From NCBI GenBank assembly GCA_032718475.1, contig JAUCBJ010001266.1, forward strand, positions 1 to 55,653: 55,653 bases of DNA, given 5' to 3'. This DNA is from Nemertoderma westbladi (Eukaryota > Animalia > Xenacoelomorpha). Each line of letters opens with the position of its first letter. The first letter of the stretch is position 1. A program made the translations under genes and the position numbers. Under the pieces are notes generated by a model, which was not told the DNA's origin, searched no databases, and saw only the letters and a program-made list of their open reading frames with translations. Below are positions 45,500-55,653 of this stretch, in pieces.

Positions 45500-48400
45500 G
45501 TCGTGGGAAGAGTATCTTGCCTTCCATAGTTTCCGGATAGCTCTCTGTCTCTTTATTCCAGTAAACATAAACGACCAACTGGGCGATTGAGTTGTTGTGT
45601 TTCGAATACAATTCCAGGTTTCTTAAAGTTACGTCGCATGACGACGAGTTCTACCTATCGCACTAAACCATCATCGGATATATGAGCCTCGATGATACGA
45701 CCTGTCTGCCACCGCTTTCGTGGAAGATCTGATTCCACAATAAGGACCATGTCTCCGGCGCAGACGTTTTCTTGCTTCGCAAACCACTTGGTTCGAAGTT
45801 GTAGCGTAGGAAGATAATGTTTTTCGAAATGGTCAGCGAAACGACGGGATAATAACTGCATACGTTGCCAAGTTTGTCGGCAGTATTTGTCTCCGTCCGT
45901 GATTTCCGATTGCGGGAGCATGGCTACAGGTTTCTTTAGTAGGAAATGCGCGGGTGTCAGCGCTTCTAGGGAGTCGGGACTCGATGAGACTGGCATAAGC
46001 GGTCTCTCGTTAAGATAGGCGGCGATTTCTTCCATTAATGTCCGCAAAAGTTCGTCGGTGAGATACGCGCGGCACGGCACTATAAAGTGAAATGCGGTCT
46101 TCACGCTCCTTATTAATCTCTCCCAACTTCCTCCCCACCAAGGGGCGTCGGCGGCGTTGAAGGTCCAGCTAGATGCTGTTACCCTTAGCTGATCGTCCAC
46201 CTGTCTTTGGTTCCAATCTTTAACATAAGCTTTGATCTCATTATTGGCGCCAATGAAGTTCGTTCCCTTATCAGATCTCATCGTGTTGCTAGTTCCAAAG
46301 CGAGCAATCTGTCGGCGTAAGCTCAGTATGAAGCTGTTGGTAGATAGATCGTTCACCATATCTAGATGGATCGCTCTACAAGTCATACAGACAAAGATGA
46401 CACACCATCGCTTGACTATAGTCCTAGCACGATATACTTCAATAGGGCCAAATAAATCCACACCGGTATTAGTAAAAGGTGGCTTACTCGTTCCCTGGGT
46501 AATTCTGCCTCTCGCTGTGTTAAAGGCCTACTGAATGCTTTCCTTCAGGGTATACAGTTCCTAAGAACTTGGTTCAGAGCTCTACGGGGTTTATGAAAAT
46601 AATAGCGAGTTCGAATTTCGCTAAAACTCGCTCTCTACCAGCATGGTAAAGCTTACTGTGAACATCTGCAATCATCTTGATTTGTATTTCAAGATTTCTA
46701 ATAAGTATGGGAAATTTAGTGTCAAAGGATAATGGAGCATTAGTTAATCTCCCTCCAACACGTATTAACCCATCTATCATTGTGCTAGAGAAACGATCCC
46801 TTAAGCGCGTCTGTGGATTTCTCAACAACAGGAGATACTTATCGGAATCTTCATAGCATTGCAGGAGTCTCAGTATCTGCTTATTGGTTTCTTCATGCTC
46901 TTGATAACTGATCTTTTCCGTCAGAAACCTATCTGATACTTTGTATTTGGGAAGATCTTTAATAGTTGGATCTGCTCAGATTTCGGTGGAGCGGTATCAC
47001 TAGCGATCTTCGTCCTGGAGTAGTGATGATGGAAGCATCGCTTCAAATATACGACGGCCTTACAAAGCCGGTTCCAGGAGCTATAGTGATTTATCGCTCT
47101 CTGCAGGAGAGGTGAGAATCCCTGCGAGACGTCTGGTGTTCCAGATTTCCAGTCTCTTTCTCTGATTTCTACAACAGATTTATTTGTGGCGGGGGAGTTT
47201 AGATCCACAGCGTCGTCCCCGGAGATGTGTAGTACAGACAGATCTATCACGGGTTTAAATAACTTTGATTTACTCGTCTGGGTTTTGGGTTTGACTTTCT
47301 CCACTCCTACAGCCGATGGCTGTAGCGTATAGAGCCGCCTTTAACTCCGCTCGAGGAACTCGTAGATTGTTGTTTATCAAGGCCTTAGAGGTAACCAAGG
47401 CAACTTTAATTCCATCCAGAGTTTCAAACCTCAGGTAGGCTACTATACCTATTCCCATATCGCTGGCGTCTCCAAACACATGGAGTTGATAGGAATATGT
47501 GGGGAGAACGTGACCAAAACATGAACGGGAATTCGTAAAGTTCGCGATGGATGGTAGAGAATCTTCCCATTTCATCCACTTCTTTAGTAGTTCTCCCTTA
47601 AGTGGATCATCCCACGAGTGGCTTTCAAGCCACATTTGCTGCACTAAGCTCCGAGCAACCAATATAACTGGGCTAATAAATCCCAATGGATCGAAAAAAG
47701 TGCTCAGGATACTTAGACAAATCCGTTTAGTTCGAACTGGATTATCTCACTGTTTTAGCTGGAAAAACAGGATATCTCACTCCGTGTCCCATTTCAAACC
47801 AAGCATCTTGGTTTCCGGAAGATCGTCCTTGATAAGGTCCAGATCTTTAACACCTCGGTCTTCTACCGGGATCGATTCCAGAAACTCACGGGAGTTACTA
47901 GTGAATTTGGTTAGTCGAAATCCACCGCGTTTCAAGCACTCTACCGTTCCCTTGGCAACATCATATTGCCGTAATCTTAAGAGTATTCCCAACAAGGATT
48001 GGAGTAAGTTGGGTCCCGGCAACAACTCAGAGTTAAGGGATTGACACATGTAAAGGGCGGAGCCGTCAAACACTACCCGGACTTCGTTGGGTTTACCGGG
48101 CTTGGGAACATAATGATGTGTTAGATAATACGTTCTCTCCGTTATGGGTGTTTCTTCCGGTACTCGCTCCGCGTATCCTTTATCGATAAATTTCTTCAGC
48201 TGGGTTTTATACATTTCCCTGGCTGGAACGTTGGCCGTAAGACGCCGATGTAGTTGCGCGATTCTCTTTTCTGCTAAAGGTCGGTTATTTATAAAGTTGG
48301 GTTCTTGCCGTCAGAACAGAAGACCAATCTCATAGCGACCTTCATCTTTCAGAAAACGGGTAGTCGTTTCCTGAATCTGCTTGGCTCTCTCTTCCTCAAC

Positions 48401-49600
48401 GGACAAGGCTTTGTCGTAGGAATTAGGCTCTACGGCTTCTTGAGTAAAGAATCATACAGCGTGTTCATCGCGAATTTTGTTATTGTATCGATCTATCACT
48501 TCGTTTAATTCGTCGTTATATGTGAATTGTCCACCATGTTGATCGATAAGATGGCACAAGTTTACTTGGTTTATCCAAGTTTGATTTTCGGTTACGAGGT
48601 CGATTGTATTTTCCTCGTCATATAATTGGTTAATATCGTCATTGTCCGAGGAGTATGGTGTTCCCTCAGTTGTGGTTTCTCCCTCACTAATTTCTTCTTC
48701 CCATTCACTCACCTGATGTATCCTCTCATTAGGGAGTCTTTCCATTAGGGTTCTACGGGAAGGTCCAGTGAAGTACCAACTTACTCTCGTTCTTCCCGCG
48801 TATGTTTGTAATGGTTGCGGTTGAGCAGGTTTTTTCCGTTTTTCTAATGTCTCAAGCGCTTCGTGCGCATTTTGGCCGATTAATATCTGCACCCCTGGGT
48901 AATCGGTGTTGAATCTAGGGATATCATGTTGCTGGTTAAAATGGTCTTCATCCCAGTTGTAAGGCTCCACTTGGCTAGTAGCAAAGTTCTTTATCGCCAC
49001 CATTTTTACTGACCTTACGCTATGTTCTCCTAGTTCATCCTGTGGAGTGGACAACGCACCCACGTAGTAATCTGTAGCTACTGTGGATTTCCAAACCTGC
49101 ATAATTCCTGAAAGGTTCAACTTAGTTTGGAACTTAGGTTGTCCAGCAAAGATGTTTTCGGCTAGTTCTTTGTCAATGAAAGTACCTGTGCTGCCGGAGT
49201 CAAGAAGGGTGTTTACTATGAGGCTCTTCCCTAGCCCGTGGACTCTCAGTTGCACCACAGGGAATTCCCGGATTCCGACGGAGGAAGTTGGTGCTTTCCA
49301 AGATGGCTGTCGATCCGGGATATTCAGCCGAGGATCTTCCACTTCCGACTCAGTCTCGTACGTAAGTGCTCGATACACAGCGGTGTTTATCATATAACAG
49401 GATTCATTTTCGTCGGAGAATTCGTCCGTGTAGAATCCTTCCATCTCAGAACTGTGGTCTGTGTCGTTCACATCACTGAATTGGACATGTAGTTCGGGCT
49501 CACTTACCTGACTCGTGCGGGTTCTGTCAAATTCTGTGTGCAGCAAGATATGATGTTTTGCGCCGCACTTAGCACACCTCGAGTCTGAGTAACAGGTCCT
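45500..49600 (-). pseudogene. pol: BEL/Pao pol (PR, RT remnant, RNase H, integrase), frameshifted and internally deleted
   Basis: LLDSGSTGTFI; RVVFDGSA..SLNSELLPGPNL; GGFRLTKFTSN, LGLKWD; LHVFGDAS, PRAELKAA; LIRVGGRL; DLFGP, SDKGTNF, PWWGGSWERLIRSVK, LTPAHFL. Confidence 0.93.
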
Positions 49601-52600
49601 TCGTTGATGTCCTCATCTTTGACAATTATAATACAACCGCTTATCCCACATGACATCATGTCTATCCTTAAGGGATTTCTTCAAGAATTCATCACACCCA
49701 CTCAAGCGATGTGGCCCGTCGCACAATGCACATTTGGGTTTGATGTTACTTACTTTAACCTGTGTTGTGTTGTGCACACTTGTTCTTTCCTCGGGCTTTC
49801 TTCCATGAATTCTCTTAGGAGACGTAGGAGGAGTTGTTGTTACCTGTTCTCTCCTGTCACTGGTTCGAGACTTAGATTTACTTACGTCTTTCCGAGTTTT
49901 ATTGACATAATAAGATCTTTCGGTGTCTTTCCCGCTGTTCTCCTCGTATGAGGTTTGGCTTTCGCCGTCGTCTGTATAACACACTGGTGTTACCTTTCTC
50001 CTAGATACGGGTTTTTCACTCACCTTACTTTCCGGTGTCTTCTCTCTGGACTGCTTTAGAAGCTGTAATCTTACCTCTCCATTTAAGAATGACATGAGAT
50101 CAGCCATGGTAGGGTCTCTTTGTTGCTGGTCCATCATATAGAGAACCTTTTTGTCCCAATGAGTACCTACTCCACCCTTTGGCAAAGTAGATGCTACGGC
50201 TCGAACAACCATAGAACTCTGATATTCCTGAGACTTACCTAGCCAATCTAACTGTCTACAGATCTCCTGGATCTCATCGGAAAACTCGATAATCCCTCTG
50301 CTAAGAAACTTTCGGGGCGCTACTAATTTCGCATACAAATACCTAGCTATGTTAGTCCTATTACCATACCTGACATTTAGTGTATCCCAAACTTGTCTTA
50401 ATCCATCTGGATGTCCAATAAACTTTAACGCCATTAACTTGGGAGGTCCTTCCAAGCACTCGATGAGGAATCTAAGATTCTCTCCGTTAGATAGTACAGA
50501 GTTCTGTATGTTATCTTTATGATATTCATTAAAAGGTAACCATTTCATCTCATCTCCATTAAACTTGACGACCTCTCCCACCTTTACCGCTTGACGGGCT
50601 TCAGTTCTAGCCATTTGACGTGTAAAACTCTCTTGAGCCATCGTATTATTTAATATCGAGTTATCGGTATATAAATTTCTCGGATTATGATCAGATCTGT
50701 ATGGGATATCATTATCAACAGGTTTATAATTACCCTTAATAGGGTTTACTATAGGAGTTTCTACTTCACTAGCAGTATAGATGCGTGTAGGCTCCACACC
50801 TTGCGCATGAAGTACTTCAGACCTAACAGGTTGACACATAGTTACAGGGGGTGGTGGTATACCCACATGTATATTTACTAATTTATCACTCTCTAAAGCG
50901 ATACTTTGTTGCACTTCTTGCAATTCTAACCTACTCTCTCTCACTGTTCCCTTTAACTGCTGAACAGTCCCTTCCAATTCGCGGACCTGCTGTGAAGACC
51001 TTCGTTTATGGTCTTCCAGCTGCCCGAGCAGGCGATCCAACCCCCGCCGCCCCTCGTCTACCCACTCAACCGCCGAAGCGGGAGCCGCCAACATAGTAGC
51101 GGGGAGACGCGTAGGGACATGTGGGTTCAGACGTGTCGTTTCAGGGTTACTTAAATCTACGCTAGCTAGTTGCCTTCTCACAGCCGGAGGCAAATTAGGC
51201 AACTTCTGCCAGTGTGGCGTTCTTCTACGTCCGCTGGAACGAGATTTATTTCCTCTACCTTCAGGATCTGTTGTATCGCCTTCATCAGAGGATGTAAATC
51301 CCTGTCTTCTGGGAGTAGATCGACTCAGCAGCTGCATCTGAGTAGCTGTTCTCTGTTTATTTAAGTAATCTTGCTTCGCTTGAAGATTTTCCAACTCTAG
51401 TTGGGTTGTCTCTTCAGATGCTCGTCTTTCTGCTTCGGCCACTGCCGCTTTTCTTTCAGCCTCTGCCGCTGCCGCTTTCCTTTCAGATTCTGCCGCTGCC
51501 GCTGCCGCTTTTCTTTCAGCCCTCCCTGCCGCTTTCCTTTCAGATTCTGCCGCGACCGCTGCCGCTTTTCTTTCAGCCTCTGCCGCTGCCGCTTTCCTTT
51601 CAGATTCTGCCGCGGCCGCTGACCTTCGGTCTTCTATTTGCTTTTTCTTTATCTGCTCTTCTTGGTCCATAGCGATGAGGATGCTTTCATCAAATTTAGC
51701 CTGCTCAGCGGCTAATATTTCCGCATCTAACGAGTCCAACACAAATTTGGCTCCCTCGCTATTGGGATGAAGTCCAGCTAGTCGTCTTCTGAGTTCTTTG
51801 TCACCTATAAATCGTTGATAATCCGACAGATAGATGTCAATCGCATCCTTCTTCTGAGGTTTTTCGGATGTCGCTTCGCCTTCCACATGAGAAAATGTGG
51901 CGTCTGTTGATTCTCCGTGGGTCATGCGCTCGGTTAGCTGAACTTTCCATTGTGTCGTTCCCTGGACTTTAAGACTCACCCGTTGGAACCAAGTTTTTAC
52001 GGCCACTTGCAACGACGTGTCTTGGCTCCTCTTCGAGGCTTCCTCAAAGGCCGAAAGGATTAGTCTGATCCGTTAAATTCGTTCTCGCACTTGATAAAGC
52101 AGCTCTCCCTGCTCTTGAGGTCCTTGACGTTGTTGAAATAGGTGTTCTTCTAATCGCTCCAAAGAACTGAAGAATCCCTGGACATATCCTGCTGCCGACC
52201 TCTTCCACACAGCTGGATCTCGAGTGTCCCTTACTACTCCCATCCTGTATAAGTCCTCCCAGGCAGCTTCCGATAAGTTAAACGGGAGTCCGGGTCCGGG
52301 GAAGTTCCATTGCGCCTCTACAATAGACCTCAGTTCCTCCATCGTATATCCCGCATAACTGTCCCTGGTCGATCGCTTACTTCTCGCCCAATCGATTTGA
52401 TGTTCCTCCACAGCTATCAACACTCTAGTGAGTACGGCTCCAGGAAGAATTAGAAGTGGATCTGGATAAACCGCTTCTGCCATCCTTGCTCCGATCTCGG
52501 GTGTCAACTCTTCGGTGTCTGAACTGCTAGAGTTATCAGGCCGTTGAGAAATAAGTTCTCGGTTCGGGTGTTGCTGCTGCTTAACAGCTGCCTCTTGGTC

Positions 52601-52802
52601 TCCGCTTAACTTGAGCCCTAGTGCCTATGATAGACCTATGGTGCTTTACTAGCCTAGGGTCTGATACTACTACTGTAGGGATGACCTTTCTTACAGTAGG
52701 AGGGGACTTGGACTTCGGTCTCAGATGTTCTATACTCTTATCTGAGTCACAGACTGTTCTTTCTAGGAGACTATCTGACAGTGTTTGCTTTGTGTCAGCC
52801 AT
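49550..52802 (-). pseudogene. gag: BEL/Pao gag (main ORF 49613-52012 plus frameshifted upstream pieces)
   Basis: KFNGDEMKWLPF, LIECLEGPP, W..L..RYG; triple Cys/His knuckle region CALCDGPHRLSGC...CAKCGAKHHILLH; Ala/Glu-rich coiled repeat. Confidence 0.88.
51430..51620 (-). repeat. Coding tandem repeat AAA(A)E(S/A)ERK in gag
   Basis: About seven imperfect 27-30 nt units. Confidence 0.85.
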
Positions 52803-54577
52803 GATTTATTTTACAGTTGAATGCCTACTACTATAACGACAGTTAAAGCAAGTCTAGTAATTCAGTATCAACTGTAAGCCTAGTAATTAATTACCGATAC
52901 CGTTACTCAGTGTAACGTGATATATATATAATATTAAAATACCGGTATACACTTATAGTATATATATAAGTATTATTACAGACTAGGATTAGTCACAGAA
53001 TACCGGTATATAATTTCAGCCTAAATTTATATAAATAAATATAATAAGCCTACGGTAAATACCGGTAATGTCAATTATTTTATAATAACTGAATTTCTGA
53101 ATTTTAGGGTTACTTCCCTTTACTTTATTACTGTTATTAAGCAGTAGTCCAACTGATATTAAGACCTAATTGATGTATAACAGGCCTACTATTTTATAAA
53201 TCTGTTTGAGTTGATTTATAAATATATATATACCCGTACAATGGGTTTTGACTATATTTGAAATAAATGTTATTATTTCTGGATAAGGAGTCACTACACA
53301 GAAGCTGAACGCTCTCAGTGGAGTGCTACTTGTTGGACACTAATTTAGATAATTCTACTTTACTAAGTTACTTATCACTACAAATTACTTACAATTCACA
53401 GTTTGAGATTACAATCTCTAAATAAACAATAACAAGTTACACGTACAATTTGTTAGGGTAATTTTACAAGAAATCTACAAACCAGCCTAACAAGGAGTTA
53501 GAATTTCTGGTTCTTACAAACTGACAGGAAACTACGGTATTTGAAAACAATAAAGCAGTAGTAAGTAAGTTGCGTTGTCCAGATAAGGAAATACCACCGT
53601 CTGACGACTTATAGTCTTAGCTCTATAAGTACTACGTTATGTACCCAGAGTGTCCTTACCTAGAGGTTAATTACCGAAGCCAACCAGAGCTAACGTGCCT
53701 ATTAACCACGTTACAACACAAATATATTGCCTACACACAAAATTACTTTCGGAAAGCACTGTACGCTAAACCCTAAATTAGGTACAAGTACTTATACAAC
53801 AAATAACCAGCAGTTAAATATACTTGAACAGCCAAAAGAACCATGGTATCTGCTGGAGTGACCGAGCACCAAATCACCAGTCTTTACCTACGCCAAGCAG
53901 CCCTGATGTAGTACCGGGGTTAATTTAACTATAACAGTATGTATAACAAGCACAATTACTGTAGGAATAAACTTGGGGAGTTGGAGGTTGCGAATACTCG
54001 CATAGACTCTGAATAATAAATATTACGCTACCCGTGCAGACTATACAAACAAAACACAGACCAAATGCTGCCAGACTACTGTCAAGCCTAAATAAACTAC
54101 AGTATATGCAGACTCCGATATGGTTAGTTAGTAGGCGTTCTAACCGAGTAGTACGACTTATTCTTTCGGGGGGGATTTACCTTACAGTACTGGATGCCCC
54201 CACCTTCCTAACTAGCACTTTATCGGACAGACACTCTACACACACTGCAATCGCATCAGACCTAACAACAGTTAGACAACAATCCGGCCTATAAATTATT
54301 TATACAATCTGAGCAGGCTTACACGCATTCTGCTCAATATTACACTTACAGATAAATAAAACTGACAGAAATAAATAAGCTCTAAAAGAAATAAGGGGTG
54401 TACAGTCCCTACTCTCTTAAACAGCCTACCAATATACAATATATCACAATCGAAATAATACTGGTACCGGTAAGTACCGGTTCGGGTGGTTAGGCAGTTA
54501 GGCCTACAGTTTACCGTCCGACCGATACATTTGACTTTATTGCCTACGGCGCAATAAAGAAACTAAAAATCTATTAT

Positions 54578-54954
54578 TGTTCGTGCTTTTAGACCTTTAG
54601 CAGTTTAACCTGCCAATTTTGGGTTGTCCTCTTGTTTATAAATCGACTTTAGCCTATATCAATTATTTAATGTACTGAAGTTACATCAGCCGAAGCCAGT
54701 CTGTGCGCGATCATTCACCCACAGTTAAGGGAGACTGGATTCGGATTCCTTGATAGTTATTGCAATGTAGACCTACTGTATTATTCGATTGATCGTTACT
54801 ATATAATCTCTGACAATATATTTACTTTCGGGGAAATGTTAACAGTTCCTTTAGGACGTGGCGCTTTAAGTATAAAACAGAGTTATGACTTATACTAATA
54901 ACAACTAGATGGCCACAGAGTTTCGTAAATAGCGCATTCTTTAGGAGATGCTTT
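54578..54954 (-). repeat. BEL 5' LTR (truncated or interrupted at ~54955)
   Basis: Matches 38251-38626, then similarity stops abruptly. Confidence 0.88.
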
Positions 54955-55091
54955 TGATGGATTATTTCACTATAAGATAGCATTTGTAGTTTAACGTAAA
55001 AACTTTCTAAAATCCGACGCATTTTGATTAAATTACAGTAATGTAATATGCCTATTCATATTAGTACACATAAAACCCATAGTTTATCTCA

Positions 55092-55165
55092 TGGCGTAGT
55101 GGTCAGATGGTTAAGGCGTTGGTTGCATTACAGATAGGTTACGAGTTCGAATCCCAGTTGGGAAA
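55092..55165 (+). mobile_element. tRNA-derived SINE head or tRNA pseudogene
   Basis: GGCGTAGTGGTCAGATGGTTAAGGCG (A box) and GAGTTCGAATCCC (B box); no complete cloverleaf. Confidence 0.55.
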
Positions 55166-55199
55166 TTTGCATTTTGGGGCAATTTATTTTCATTTGGTA

Positions 55200-55653
55200 C
55201 AAATTGATAAACCAATGAAGTGCGTACAACACATGGAACGATGAGTTGGGCCAATCATAGGGCATAGAACATCTTATTGCTCCAATGTGAGGCCATGGAA
55301 TGCTCTGGAAGGTTCTAGCGGATTCTATGTCCCAGATTTAGTATATAAAGGGCTGGTTTGCCTTCGGTTATCACTTACTTCACTTACACCTTCATTAGTT
55401 ACTCAGTTATTCAGTTATTGTTATTAGTAAATCTATTTGATAAATCTTTGTAAACTGTAAATATACTGTAAACTGCTGAACATGTACTTTTCTGCACGTC
55501 CACCTTTGGGACAGCCAAGCATTGGGAAGATGGCCGTCAGCAACGCAGGGAAAAGATGTCCACAACACGCTAGCGCCCGCATTAGATTAGGGGCACCCCC
55601 TTCGCCCTTCGAAATACTCCACATTGCCATGCAGCGCCCGATTTCCAAGGAAG
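55200..55653 (+). other. Possible LTR/promoter-like segment of another element
   Basis: Several CCAAT boxes, TATATAAA at ~55342, then pyrimidine-rich and TGTAAA motifs; no second copy in the window. Confidence 0.25.

Larger units (their letters stand above)
38251..54954 (-). mobile_element. Large degenerate BEL/Pao LTR retrotransposon with a cargo ORF
   Basis: ~376-bp near-identical direct repeats starting TGTTCG (38251-38626, 54578-54954) enclose BEL-type gag, PR, RT remnant, RH, IN and an extra ORF. The outer right boundary and TSD were not resolved. Confidence 0.9.

Noticed and set aside
55092-55165. Functional tRNA gene
   Set aside because: A and B boxes are present but the acceptor and anticodon stems do not pair.

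Overview
Eukaryotic (probably invertebrate animal) AT-rich, repeat-dense DNA. In order: (i) a ~9 kb 36-bp tandem satellite interrupted by a young, GC-rich Ty3/Gypsy (Mag-like) LTR retrotransposon with ~115-bp LTRs and a 5-bp TSD; (ii) a Penelope GIY-YIG relic and a tRNA-like relic; (iii) a + strand spliced host gene missed by the ORF track, with a signal-peptide exon and six phase-1/1 EGF-like exons and no stop codon within the window. Its introns hold a 7.2 kb 41-bp satellite built from an exon end plus its splice donor, an RTEX-like LINE, a MITE-like dimer, a CRE-like fragment and an RTE-like fragment with a 55-bp TSD; (iv) a >=16.7 kb degenerate BEL/Pao LTR element. Between pol and its 3' LTR this element carries a ~1330-codon disrupted cargo ORF with a DEDDy/DnaQ-like 3'-5' exonuclease signature and a CCHC zinc-finger cluster, the most novel-looking feature here. 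Tc1/mariner-type excision footprints (TACTGTA/TACAGTA) are visible as insertions between repeat copies. All calls come from reading motifs by eye; no searches were run.
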